From assembly GCA_902520595.1 (NCBI GenBank), contig CABYOM010000003.1, positions 1 to 62,569 of the forward strand: a stretch of 62,569 nt of DNA, read 5' to 3'. Origin of the DNA: an uncultured Candidatus Poseidoniales archaeon. GTDB lineage: Archaea > Thermoplasmatota > Poseidoniia > Poseidoniales > Poseidoniaceae. Below the pieces are notes generated by a model. The model was given only the letters and a program-made list of their open reading frames with translations. It was not told where the DNA came from and did no database searches. Below are positions 1 to 9,160 of this stretch, in pieces (position 1 is the stretch's first letter; each line of letters begins with the position of its first letter). Made by a program: the position numbers and the translations under genes.

Positions 1-1
1 G

Positions 2-382
2 TCCAAGAGATATCCCAAAGTTATGCGTAAAATCTCAACAAAACACTATGTTAACCAAGGAAAGCTAAGCGTGAATGACATTGATGTATACTCTAAAGTG
101 TTCAAGAATCGGAAATCAGTACGCGGTCCCATTAACTATTACAGAGCAGTATTTCGACACCCATTCGCTTCGAGAAAATCGATCAGTGTAATCAATGCGA
201 AAACTCTGGTAATTTGGGGGCGCAAAGATCGACACCTCGGTATACATTTGTCAAAGCCAAAAAGCGAGGATGTTCCTCATTGCCATGTTGAATATCTCGA
301 TGCATCGCATTGGGTTCAACAAGACGCATCTTCAGAGGTCAATTTCTTATTAATTGATTTCTTTAGAACGCGCAAGGATTGA
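2..382 (+). CDS. Alpha/beta hydrolase (epoxide hydrolase-like), 5'-truncated C-terminal fragment
   Basis: Frame is open from the window edge. Motifs INYYRA, TLVIWGRKDRHL and ASHWVQQD are typical of the epoxide hydrolase/ABHD C-terminus. Confidence 0.8.
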   Translation, partial: SKRYPKVMRKISTKHYVNQGKLSVNDIDVYSKVFKNRKSVRGPINYYRAVFRHPFASRKSISVINAKTLVIWGRKDRHLGIHLSKPKSEDVPHCHVEYLDASHWVQQDASSEVNFLLIDFFRTRKD

Positions 383-463
383 GAGTCTTAGAAACGAAGT
401 TTCAAGAGAATTTCAAGAACAAGCAGGCGTTAGATTGTTAAAATAGGCGCAAATGGAAAATTC

Positions 464-1420
464 ATGAGCAAACAATTTTTGACGTTTCAAGTCTTGTTGC
501 TGATGCTTCTCTCTCCTCTTTCCGGGTGTTTTGGAACCGACATGCCTGAGCAAGTGGAAATGATTGAAGAAATTGATGCCTTGGAAAATCCTTGCGCTCA
601 AGGCTCTCAATCGGTTACGCAGTCTACAACCTCAGTCATGGTTAATGGTCAAGAAAGGTTGTTCAGATTATCTGTTCCCAGTTCCGATGCGGGCGTCAAG
701 TTAGCACTTATCATCGCCTTCCATGGTGGTGACGGTTCTGGTGAAGACTTCCAGCAACAGAATGAGTTTGACCAGTTGGCTGAACAAGAGAAGTTCATTA
801 TGGCTTATGCAATTGCTGAAGAGGATCGAACAGCCAATGAAGGGGAATGGTTCCTCAATACTGCAGCAACTTCCCGTGAGGACAATGACTTCTCTGAAGC
901 GATTGTAGATGAATTGTCGACTGCATACTGTATCGATCAAGACCGCCTTTATGCAATCGGATATTCACTGGGTTCTATGTTTACGTATGAAATTGCATGC
1001 CAACTCAACCATCGATTTGCAGCTGTAGCCTCTTTTGCCGGAACCATGCCTGTTGAACCTGAAACATGTGAACTTGAAGGTAATATGGCCGTGATGCATA
1101 TTCACGGAAAACTGGATTACATTATCGACTATGACGATGATTGGGATTGGAAGGACGGAGAGCATGAGGGCGTTGGAACGATGAGCAGTGTCCCCGGAAT
1201 GATTGATTCTTGGGCTGCTCGAGCAAATTGTGCATCAAGTGATGTCGACGCAGATTTTCTCCTTGAACACATCACGCACAGTGAATGTGTTGGAGATACT
1301 CGTATTGAACACTACGGTATAGAACTTCATGAACATACTTGGCCTGATGATGTCGATGGTACTGCAACCTACCAACTTATTTGGAATTTTTTAAGTGATT
1401 TCACAAACCAAGAATTTTGA
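464..1420 (+). CDS. Secreted/lipoprotein esterase, PHB depolymerase (LpqP)-like alpha/beta hydrolase
   Basis: Signal peptide ending LSGC, IIAFHGG, nucleophile elbow GYSLG, MHIHGKLD, HTWP. Confidence 0.8.
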   Translation: MSKQFLTFQVLLLMLLSPLSGCFGTDMPEQVEMIEEIDALENPCAQGSQSVTQSTTSVMVNGQERLFRLSVPSSDAGVKLALIIAFHGGDGSGEDFQQQNEFDQLAEQEKFIMAYAIAEEDRTANEGEWFLNTAATSREDNDFSEAIVDELSTAYCIDQDRLYAIGYSLGSMFTYEIACQLNHRFAAVASFAGTMPVEPETCELEGNMAVMHIHGKLDYIIDYDDDWDWKDGEHEGVGTMSSVPGMIDSWAARANCASSDVDADFLLEHITHSECVGDTRIEHYGIELHEHTWPDDVDGTATYQLIWNFLSDFTNQEF

Positions 1421-1455
1421 TTGCGTCTAAACAAACCGAGAATATTGAGTTGTTC

Positions 1456-1860
1456 TCAAAAGAAAATTAGAACCAGAATCCGTTGATAAAATAACCATGC
1501 AAAAATACCAACAGTGAGGGTAATCCAACTGTTGTAAACGATTTTATTGGGAGGTGGAATCGTTTCTTCACGCCTGCGAAGAGCAGATATTGATGCCCAT
1601 AGCATGTAAATAAACGCACCATAAATCAAGGGTGAGCCAGGGTTGAAATCCATTGCAGCCTGGATGTCGAAATGGGTAATTGCAACAAAAGCTCGTGTCA
1701 TCCCGCAAAAAGGACATGGATGTCCAGACAAGTGATACCAAGGGCAAAGTTTCAGACCGTCAACACCACCATGCGGTAAAATGGCAGATACAGTCAGTGC
1801 TCCACCTGTTACCGCAGCGGTGATTGAGGCTGAGTTGATTTTAAACGGCCTCATACACAT
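1456..1860 (-). CDS. DUF2752 family membrane protein
   Basis: C-P-x7-CPFCGMTRA motif and FNP followed by hydrophobic helices. Confidence 0.8.
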   Translation of the reverse strand: MCMRPFKINSASITAAVTGGALTVSAILPHGGVDGLKLCPWYHLSGHPCPFCGMTRAFVAITHFDIQAAMDFNPGSPLIYGAFIYMLWASISALRRREETIPPPNKIVYNSWITLTVGIFAWLFYQRILVLIFF

Positions 1861-1902
1861 CGGTTTGATTTACGGTTAATCTCTTTTTGCCTGCATAACG
1901 AC

Positions 1903-1909
1903 TATAAAT
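1903..1909 (+). promoter_or_regulatory. Putative TATA box for a leaderless TM2 gene transcript
   Basis: TATAAAT about 22-28 nt upstream of the ATG at 1931; no Shine-Dalgarno. Confidence 0.5.
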
Positions 1910-1930
1910 CCGGCTGTGTGAGTATTATAT

Positions 1931-2206
1931 ATGCAACCACAAGGAATGCAACAAGGAATGCCAGCACAAGGAATGATGCAACAAGGAATGCCAATGGTGT
2001 CCGATAAGGACTGGGTTACCACTTTGCTGTTAAGTATTTTAGTCGGTTGGCTTGGAGTTGACCGATTTTACGCTGGAAGCATCGGCCTAGGAATTCTCAA
2101 ACTGATTACTCTCGGTGGGTGTGGCATTTGGAGTTTAATCGATATTATTCTCGTTGCAACAGGTTCTTTCAAAGACGGAAATGGCCTTCCAATAAAATCG
2201 AAGTGA
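1931..2206 (+). CDS. TM2 domain-containing membrane protein with Gln/Gly/Met-rich N-terminus
   Basis: KDWVTTLLLSILVGWLGVDRFYAG...GILKLITLGGCGIWSLIDIILV is a classic TM2 domain. Confidence 0.9.
   Translation: MQPQGMQQGMPAQGMMQQGMPMVSDKDWVTTLLLSILVGWLGVDRFYAGSIGLGILKLITLGGCGIWSLIDIILVATGSFKDGNGLPIKSK
1940..1990 (+). repeat. Four copies of CAAGGAATG (QGM) within the TM2 gene
   Basis: CAAGGAATG at 1940, 1952, 1967 and 1982. Confidence 0.85.
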
Positions 2207-2293
2207 AGTTATTTACACCTTTGAATCACTCCAATGAGTGAACTTTGCTCTTCATTGAGACAAGTAAAAATACTCTACTCTATAGGCGTAGTC

Positions 2294-2752
2294 ATGGCTA
2301 GAGATTCAGGCTATTTGTCCAAATTTCCAGTTAAGTCTTCACAAACGCGACCAACAAATGTGATGAAACCCTCTGTAGCGGTAGAGATTTGTTTTCAAGA
2401 GAAGTATTTTGATTTCAACGGACGCTCATCACGTTCTGAATTCTGGTTTTTTCTGACGTTCAACATTCTCTTTGCTGCAATCATCAATACTGTTCTTCTT
2501 TACGTTGGATCTTTTTTTGGCTATTGGGGAGGACTTATTTCTTCGATTCTTTCACTCACTGTCGGTCTACTTTTCTTCATACCACTCATGGCAGTGAGTG
2601 CACGCAGACTCCATGACGTGGGAAAATCTGGCTGGTATGCACTAATAGGCTTAATACCGATTCTTGGATGGTATCTCCTGATCAAAGCGTATGTGGATGA
2701 AGGTGAAACTACAATCAATTCATATGGCCGCTTACCGAATAATGATGTTTAA
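2294..2752 (+). CDS. DUF805 (YhaH-like) membrane protein
   Basis: YFDFNGRSSRSEFW, AVSARRLHDVGKSGW, NSYG. Start chosen at 2294 (ORF open from 2234). Confidence 0.9.
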   Translation: MARDSGYLSKFPVKSSQTRPTNVMKPSVAVEICFQEKYFDFNGRSSRSEFWFFLTFNILFAAIINTVLLYVGSFFGYWGGLISSILSLTVGLLFFIPLMAVSARRLHDVGKSGWYALIGLIPILGWYLLIKAYVDEGETTINSYGRLPNNDV

Positions 2753-4110
2753 TCACGGTTCGAATTCTTCCGGCCACGATTTCGTTTTTGGTTACGGTTT
2801 CTTCGGGATTTCGTATTGTTTGAATTTCCTCGCCCGCGAGCATTGTTTTGGTCGACTGAATTTCTGTTTGAACGATCTCGGTTTTGCGTATTTCTATTTG
2901 CATTTCTCGGGCGCTTTTTGGTTCCAGATTTGTCCTTGATTTTTCCTGGTTTTTGTCCTGGTTTAGGGATTGCGCCAATAAAATGAAATGGATGATTACT
3001 GTTGACAGGAATCTCTTTTCCAATCAGCTGTTGGATGCCGACAAGGTATCCACTTTCAGTATCATCACAAAAAGCATATGCAATTCCACTACGACCTGCT
3101 CGAGCAGTTCGTCCGATTCGGTGAACGTAACTCTCAGGTTCATTGGGTAAATCATAATTGAAAACGTGAGTGATTCCATCAACATCAATACCTCGACTGG
3201 CAATATCTGTAGCGACAAGAATAGGTATGTTGCCGTTTTTGAAACCTGCTAAAGCCTTGGTCCGGGCTCCCTGACTTTTATTTCCGTGAATCGCAGCAGC
3301 AGTAATATTACTCTGATCTAATTGTTTGACCAGTCTATTTGCACCGTGTTTTGTCCGGGTGAAAACAATGCCGCATTTCACCCGTTCTTCTTTGATGAGT
3401 TGAACGAGTAAACGCCGCTTATCCGCTTTCCTCAAAAACATGATTTTCTGTTCAATTCGGTCAACAGTCATTTCTTTTGGACTCACGTCTACCATTACCG
3501 CATTATTGAGGAATGTTCCAGCGAGTTTGGCAATTGACTTCGGCATCGTAGCACTGAAAAGCAGATTTTGGCGTTGCTTTGGAAGGAGTTTGATGACTTT
3601 TTCAATATCTCGAATAAATCCCATATCGAGCATTCTGTCCGCTTCATCAAGCACGAAGAATTCTACACGCGTTATGTCGATGTGTCCTTGCCCAATCAAG
3701 TCTAACAAACGCCCTGGAGTGGCGACTAAAATGTCCAAACCTTTCTGCAGAGCGCGAACCTGTGGATTTTGATTCACTCCACCAAATACAACGCGATGTC
3801 GAAGGTCCATGTGTTCACTGTATGCGGCAAATCGTTCGTCGATCTGGGCAGCTAATTCTCGTGTAGGTGAGAGAATGAGGGCTCGAATAAACCGCTTTCC
3901 TTGTGGTTTTTTTCGATTCATAATTTGCAAGACCGGTAAGGCAAATGCTGCGGTTTTACCCGTTCCAGTTTGAGCAACACCCAAGACATCACGTCCTTCA
4001 AGAAGCGGTGGAATGGATTGCTGTTGGACTGGCGTTGGAGTTGTATAACCTTCTGCCTCTACAGCGCGTAGTAAAGTGCTTGATAGCCCGAGTGATTGAA
4101 AGTCTGGCAT
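2749..4110 (-). CDS. rhlE: DEAD-box ATP-dependent RNA helicase, RhlE-like
   Basis: Q motif, AQTGTGKT, PTRELA, TPGRL, DEAD, SAT, HRIGRTAR; basic Arg/Asn-rich tail. Start set at MPDFQSL. Confidence 0.9.
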   Translation of the reverse strand: MPDFQSLGLSSTLLRAVEAEGYTTPTPVQQQSIPPLLEGRDVLGVAQTGTGKTAAFALPVLQIMNRKKPQGKRFIRALILSPTRELAAQIDERFAAYSEHMDLRHRVVFGGVNQNPQVRALQKGLDILVATPGRLLDLIGQGHIDITRVEFFVLDEADRMLDMGFIRDIEKVIKLLPKQRQNLLFSATMPKSIAKLAGTFLNNAVMVDVSPKEMTVDRIEQKIMFLRKADKRRLLVQLIKEERVKCGIVFTRTKHGANRLVKQLDQSNITAAAIHGNKSQGARTKALAGFKNGNIPILVATDIASRGIDVDGITHVFNYDLPNEPESYVHRIGRTARAGRSGIAYAFCDDTESGYLVGIQQLIGKEIPVNSNHPFHFIGAIPKPGQKPGKIKDKSGTKKRPRNANRNTQNRDRSNRNSVDQNNARGRGNSNNTKSRRNRNQKRNRGRKNSNRD

Positions 4111-4247
4111 TGAAATCCTATTCCATGGAACGCCAAATACAAACAAATGCAGTTGACTACAAAGCACTCTCACTTCTCTTTGCCTAAATACCCGATTGAA
4201 GAAAGAAGAGACAAACGTCCAGTCTTGTCAACGATTCATGACGCCGC

Positions 4248-5774
4248 TCAAAGTATCGGTTGGTTTCTTAGCCACTCCAAATCAGAGATGTAGAGTTGAC
4301 GTATATCATCAAGACCAAGAACCAACATTGCTAATCGCTCAAGTCCCATTCCCCACGCCAGCACGGGCGAAGAAATCCCAAGTGGCTCAGTTACTTCAGG
4401 CCTGAAAATTCCAGCACCGCCCAGTTCCAGCCACTTTCCACGCCATTTGACCTCAATCTCAAGACTTGGCTCAGTATAAGGGAAGTATGCTGGTCGAACT
4501 CGAACTTCTGGATATCCCATCTTCGCATAGAATGTCTTGAGGGTTGTCACAAGCATTTGCAAGTTCGCACCTTCTTCCATTATGATGCCTTCAATTTGAT
4601 GAAACTCAGGTAAATGGGTTCGATCGATTGCTTCTTTTCGAAACACACGGTCAACCGAAAAGACCCGACACGCTTCTGTTGGATGCGCAGCCAAGTATTG
4701 AATGGTGTTTACCGTAGTATGCGTGCGTAGCAGACCTTTCTCTGAAGTCTCGGCAGAAAAAGAACCACCCCACCCTACTGAACCAGTCTCCCCTCCGTGT
4801 TCGTGAATCGCTCCCCAAGCATCTGTTAGGTGCTTTGGCAAGCTAATCGATTGAGGATTTTCAAGATAAAAGGTATCCTGCATTTCACGGGCAGGATGGT
4901 CTTGGGGAATGAACAAGGCATCCATATTCCATCCAGCAGTCTGAACATAATCGTCTACCAGTTCGGAAAAGCCCATCTCTAAGAAGATACTTCGAACACG
5001 CTCAATCAGCGCCTGCATCGGATGGCTTCGGCCTGTTCTTGGTGTAGCTGATTCAAGTGTGACGTCAAAGGGTCGGAAATCAGCGTCTTTCCACGCCTCA
5101 GATTGAAGCAATTCTGTGGTTATCTCGCTGATGGATTGTTTTTCAATGAGTGCCTCGGAATCGACTGCTTTACCTTGTACCGTAATTGACCATGTACGGG
5201 TTGTTGTAATCACAGACTCAATCAGGCCACGCCGTGATTTGAAATGTTCGAGCATTTCCGAATCAAGTGCTTCAGGTGCTGCAGGTAATCCCGCAAGGAA
5301 ACTACTTCGTGCATTGATTTCAGAAGTAACTGCAGCAGGGTTTGGCGAAACAAAAACCCCGTTTTCAAGTTGAACTCCAAGACGCTTGAGTAGCCCTACA
5401 CCTGGGCCTGCTTCATGGCGCTCAAACTGAGATTGCAAGTCTTTCATGTTCGGTGAATCCGAATTTGAAACCCATTTCCAAAGGCGTGATTCAAGCAATC
5501 CATTTTCTATGGCCTTTTTTCCTTCTTCTGCAAGTCGAATCGTTTCGGAATTTATTTCATTGGTCTTCGCAAAACCAGCATTCGTCAAGCCATGACCTGC
5601 ACCGACAGCAACCGCTTGGTCATTCCATTCGCACTCGCTGAGTATTTCAGAAAGCGTCCATTTATGTTGTCCTCTTGACTGCATAACACGCAACATTCTA
5701 CGCTCTGGATTGAGCAAAGCATCTGCGTCCATGATGCTTCGTAACAATTCATGCCCTTCAATTCTATGGTACAT
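4248..5774 (-). CDS. pheS: Phenylalanine--tRNA ligase alpha subunit, archaeal/eukaryotic long type
   Basis: HPAREMQDTF, LLRTHTT, FRKEAIDRTHLPEFHQIEG, YFPYTEPS, WGMGLERL. Start may be 5732. Confidence 0.97.
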   Translation of the reverse strand: MYHRIEGHELLRSIMDADALLNPERRMLRVMQSRGQHKWTLSEILSECEWNDQAVAVGAGHGLTNAGFAKTNEINSETIRLAEEGKKAIENGLLESRLWKWVSNSDSPNMKDLQSQFERHEAGPGVGLLKRLGVQLENGVFVSPNPAAVTSEINARSSFLAGLPAAPEALDSEMLEHFKSRRGLIESVITTTRTWSITVQGKAVDSEALIEKQSISEITTELLQSEAWKDADFRPFDVTLESATPRTGRSHPMQALIERVRSIFLEMGFSELVDDYVQTAGWNMDALFIPQDHPAREMQDTFYLENPQSISLPKHLTDAWGAIHEHGGETGSVGWGGSFSAETSEKGLLRTHTTVNTIQYLAAHPTEACRVFSVDRVFRKEAIDRTHLPEFHQIEGIIMEEGANLQMLVTTLKTFYAKMGYPEVRVRPAYFPYTEPSLEIEVKWRGKWLELGGAGIFRPEVTEPLGISSPVLAWGMGLERLAMLVLGLDDIRQLYISDLEWLRNQPIL

Positions 5775-5818
5775 GTGCGTGTCATGAATGCTTTTTTCGG
5801 GTTGATTTTATCCACCAA

Positions 5819-6193
5819 TTACTCTTCTTCATCCCAGAGTTGAGCAGAGCATGCAGGGCAGACATACTTCGGTGGACGGTCAGTTTCAAGCGTTTCCACA
5901 TGACCACATGGACCACAAAGTACGGTACATTTTTTCGGTTCATCCAGTGTTACATCGACGCGATACATCACCCTACCTGCATCGGGTAATTGCGTAGATT
6001 CCGGTGTCCAATTCTCGATTTCTTCTTCTGATAAGCCCTGTTCAGATTTCATACTCATTCCAAGAATAAAAAGCACAACACCGCTCAATCCAATTGTAGC
6101 AGCAAGTGACATGAGGTTTGCAACACTAAAAAATCCGCCCGCAGTGATACAAATTATGCTTGCGATAAGGAAATTTTCGCGAACTTTTTGCAT
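5819..6193 (-). CDS. Hypothetical membrane protein with C-terminal zinc ribbon
   Basis: Two hydrophobic helices, then CGPC...CPAC. Confidence 0.7.
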   Translation of the reverse strand: MQKVRENFLIASIICITAGGFFSVANLMSLAATIGLSGVVLFILGMSMKSEQGLSEEEIENWTPESTQLPDAGRVMYRVDVTLDEPKKCTVLCGPCGHVETLETDRPPKYVCPACSAQLWDEEE

Positions 6194-6202
6194 GCTATCG
6201 CC

Positions 6203-7495
6203 TCACTTGAGCGCATTTGCCAATGCTTCTGCAACGCGGGGAATTTGTTCTAAAGGAACGGCACATAATCCTATTCGGACACCGCCAGTTAGTGGGACAA
6301 GGAAGACATGTTCTTGTGCACATTTTTCAGCAATCACTTCAGGTTCATCGTGCTCAAGCCAAGCAAAGAAACCATCATGTGTTGGGTTTAATGGCACGCC
6401 GTATTGTTCACAACATTGCTTTAAGAGATTTCGGCGAGATACGAGAAGATCTTTCAATCGGTCTCGCTCCAAACCCCAAGCCTCTCCACCTTCTGGTGTC
6501 GAATGCATCTCACTGATTGTGAATTGAGCGACTCTAGGGGCTGCAGACCATGTCTGTCGACCGGTTACTCCCATGACTGTGCCAATCTTTTCCGTGACTT
6601 CAGTATCGGGGTGTATGCTGACCAGAGCACCGGTTCTTAGGCCATAGACGGTATGAGACTTTGACATCGAAATAGCGAATGTTAAAAGTAAATTTTCCGT
6701 CCATGGCCAGCCTTCTTCAACTGCTTCTCGGATTGTTTCTCCCCAACCATGAGGCTCTTCTGCATACAAGTGGTATGCCGCATCGATGAGCAAGGTGTGC
6801 CCAACGTGTTCGTTGGAAGATGCGCTTTCCATAACGGCTTCTAAAAATGCCATTCTTCCATCTGCGGTTAACGAGACACCGGTTGGGTTGTGTGCCGGGT
6901 CATTTAGCCAAATCATCACCTTATCTTGGGTTGAACAAAGTTTGGCAAGTTCTGCTTTGAAACTTTCAATATCAACAAAGGGATGTTGTGATTCTGTTGA
7001 TGCTGGTAGAAGGGGGAAAGTGGCAAAGTCAAGACCGCATCCTGTGATGAATCCTTTGTATGGCCCCCAATGTCGGTCACGCAGCAACACCTTCTCTCCA
7101 CGGTTTGCAAAGTTTGCTGCAGCGAGGTAAAGTGCACCTGAACCACCAGGACTAGCCGTTGCTGTCATTGAGATTCCGAGTTGTTCAAGCGCATCACGGT
7201 GTTCGCCCATTGCAAGCGTTTTTGCTAAATCTAAAAATGCTGGAAGACCTTTCAACGGTGCATATGCTGCAATTTCTACAGCAGGTGCAACACGAATGGC
7301 TTCATCGACTACTTGGTTAATAGCGAGAGTTCCGTCATCTTCGAGTAATGCTCCTATGGTCCCGTTAACGGCATCCACCCCCTGTTTTACTGCTTCCTGG
7401 TATCGAGCCCACCATCCAAAGATGGTATCGTTACCTACCTTCGTCTGCGCATAGGGGTTGAGTAATCCCGCACCAGCATCTGGGTCCATAGCCAT
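6203..7495 (-). CDS. PLP-dependent aminotransferase class I/II (aspartate/aromatic aminotransferase-like)
   Basis: NGTIG, PGGSGAL, NDPAHNPTG, DAAY, SMSKSHTVYGLRTG (PLP lysine), GVRIG. Start set at MAMDP. Confidence 0.9.
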   Translation of the reverse strand: MAMDPDAGAGLLNPYAQTKVGNDTIFGWWARYQEAVKQGVDAVNGTIGALLEDDGTLAINQVVDEAIRVAPAVEIAAYAPLKGLPAFLDLAKTLAMGEHRDALEQLGISMTATASPGGSGALYLAAANFANRGEKVLLRDRHWGPYKGFITGCGLDFATFPLLPASTESQHPFVDIESFKAELAKLCSTQDKVMIWLNDPAHNPTGVSLTADGRMAFLEAVMESASSNEHVGHTLLIDAAYHLYAEEPHGWGETIREAVEEGWPWTENLLLTFAISMSKSHTVYGLRTGALVSIHPDTEVTEKIGTVMGVTGRQTWSAAPRVAQFTISEMHSTPEGGEAWGLERDRLKDLLVSRRNLLKQCCEQYGVPLNPTHDGFFAWLEHDEPEVIAEKCAQEHVFLVPLTGGVRIGLCAVPLEQIPRVAEALANALK

Positions 7496-7621
7496 CCGAA
7501 TGCGGCGTTGTTCTTTGACTTGTCTCTTGCTTTTTTTCAAAATTCTCTTTTTTGAATATCCTTTCGCCCTTGTTTTCCATCCGTTTCATTCATCAAGGGT
7601 AAGTGTCTGGGGCAGTTTAGC

Positions 7622-7697
7622 GCCTGTGTAGCATAGCTGGTAGTGCATCGGATTTGTAATCCGAAGGTCGGGGGTTCGAGTCCCTCCGCAGGCTCCA
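7622..7697 (+). tRNA. tRNA-Thr(UGU), CCA encoded
   Basis: Acceptor GCCTGTG/CGCAGGC, anticodon arm TCGGA-TTTGTAA-TCCGA, T arm GGGGG-TTCGAGT-CCCTC, ends TCCA. Confidence 0.97.
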
Positions 7698-7753
7698 TAC
7701 CAGAGTCGCATTCATGCGATAAGTCCGATAACCTCCGTGTTGAAGGACTCACT

Positions 7754-8206
7754 ATGCGTCCTTTTCATCTCGCGTTTCCGGTCAATGATTTAATAGAGAC
7801 TGAATTGTTCTATGTCAATGTCTTAGGGTGCTCGATTGGGCGTCGTACGAAACGTTCGATCAATTTCAACTTCCACGGCCATCAAATCGTAGCTCATTTG
7901 GTCACGTCAATGCCCGACCAAACCGATAACGGTAGAGTTGATGGGAAAACCGTGCCTCCTTTCCACTTTGGATTGGTCATGGAATACACTCAATGGCACT
8001 CCTTTCGAGACGAATTGGTGTTGAAGGAAATTGAATTTCGACTCAAACCCCACATCCGTTATCCTGGGAAAGTTGGAGAGCAGGCTACCATGTTCCTTAC
8101 TGACCCATCTGGGAATGCAATTGAATTCAAGTCTTTCAAGGATGATGATAGATTGTTTGCCACTCTTGAGGGTGAGGAACATACTGCCGGTGGAGGGGTT
8201 TTGTAA
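7754..8206 (+). CDS. VOC/glyoxalase superfamily protein
   Basis: PFHLAFPV, FHGHQIVAH, PFHFG, EQATMFLTDPSGNAIEFK. Confidence 0.9.
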   Translation: MRPFHLAFPVNDLIETELFYVNVLGCSIGRRTKRSINFNFHGHQIVAHLVTSMPDQTDNGRVDGKTVPPFHFGLVMEYTQWHSFRDELVLKEIEFRLKPHIRYPGKVGEQATMFLTDPSGNAIEFKSFKDDDRLFATLEGEEHTAGGGVL

Positions 8207-8243
8207 ACCCAATACTCAAAGTGAAGAGTTCAGTCGGAAGGTC

Positions 8244-9122
8244 ATGGTGGCCCAACGTTTAGATGGCAAAGTTTGCGCTGCCGAAGTTGAGAAAGACCTC
8301 CTCTCTCGAATTTCAGCCTGTGTTGAAAACGGAGTCCAACCTCATTTGGCAGTTGTAATAGTTGGAGATGACCCTGCAAGTCATGTCTATGTCAAATCCA
8401 AAGTCAAGGCTTGTGAACGCTTAGGCATTCGCAGCACTCATGTTGGTTTACCCGCTGCATCTACCGAAGACGATGTTCGAAAAATCATCGGTTCGCTCAA
8501 TGAACAGGATGACCTTCATGGTATTCTTGTTCAATCTCCACTTCCTTCTCACATGGATGAAGAGTCACTTACTGATTTAATCGACCCCATGAAAGATGTT
8601 GATGGTTTCCATCCTCAAAATCTTGGCCGTTTGGTACAGGGCAGAATGGACGGGATGCTCCCTTGCACTCCAAGTGGAGTTATGCGTATGTTGTCGTGGG
8701 CTGGAATTGAAACCGAAGGTAAGACTGCAGTTATCCTTGGCCGTTCACGAATTGTCGGTATGCCTCAGTCCCTTCTTTTGGGGTCAAAAGGAGTCGATTC
8801 AACCGTGACAGTTGCTCATTCACGGACGAAAGATACTGCAGAATTATGCGCAAATGCAGACATTATCATCGCCGCAGTTGGGCGTCCCGAAATGGTCACA
8901 GAAGAGTGGGTCAAGGAAGGTGCTGTTGTGGTTGACGTTGGCATCAACCGTGTTGATGACAGTTCCCGTGAACGTGGCTGGCGTCTTGCAGGAGACGTAC
9001 ACCCTGATGTGGCAAAAAAAGCCTCTTGGCTTTCACCAGTTCCAGGTGGTGTTGGTCCGATGACCATTGCTATGTTGATGGAGAATACCGTTCGAGCCGC
9101 AGAGCAATCAATCGAATCTTGA
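8244..9122 (+). CDS. folD: Bifunctional methylenetetrahydrofolate dehydrogenase/cyclohydrolase
   Basis: LDGK, VGDDPASHVYV, KDVDGFHP, PCTP, GRSRIVG, PVPGGVGPMTIAML. Confidence 0.97.
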   Translation: MVAQRLDGKVCAAEVEKDLLSRISACVENGVQPHLAVVIVGDDPASHVYVKSKVKACERLGIRSTHVGLPAASTEDDVRKIIGSLNEQDDLHGILVQSPLPSHMDEESLTDLIDPMKDVDGFHPQNLGRLVQGRMDGMLPCTPSGVMRMLSWAGIETEGKTAVILGRSRIVGMPQSLLLGSKGVDSTVTVAHSRTKDTAELCANADIIIAAVGRPEMVTEEWVKEGAVVVDVGINRVDDSSRERGWRLAGDVHPDVAKKASWLSPVPGGVGPMTIAMLMENTVRAAEQSIES

Positions 9123-9160
9123 AAAAACTCTTAGGTCCTTGACTTCTACCCAAGAATATC

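Noticed and set aside
7537..7753. ORF 7537-7752 (-) and the 5' extension of 7643-8206 (+)
   Set aside because: Both overlap tRNA-Thr. The glyoxalase homology begins at ATG 7754.
8031..8243. N-terminal extension of folD in the ORF track
   Set aside because: It overlaps the glyoxalase gene. FolD homology starts at MVAQRLDGK (8244).
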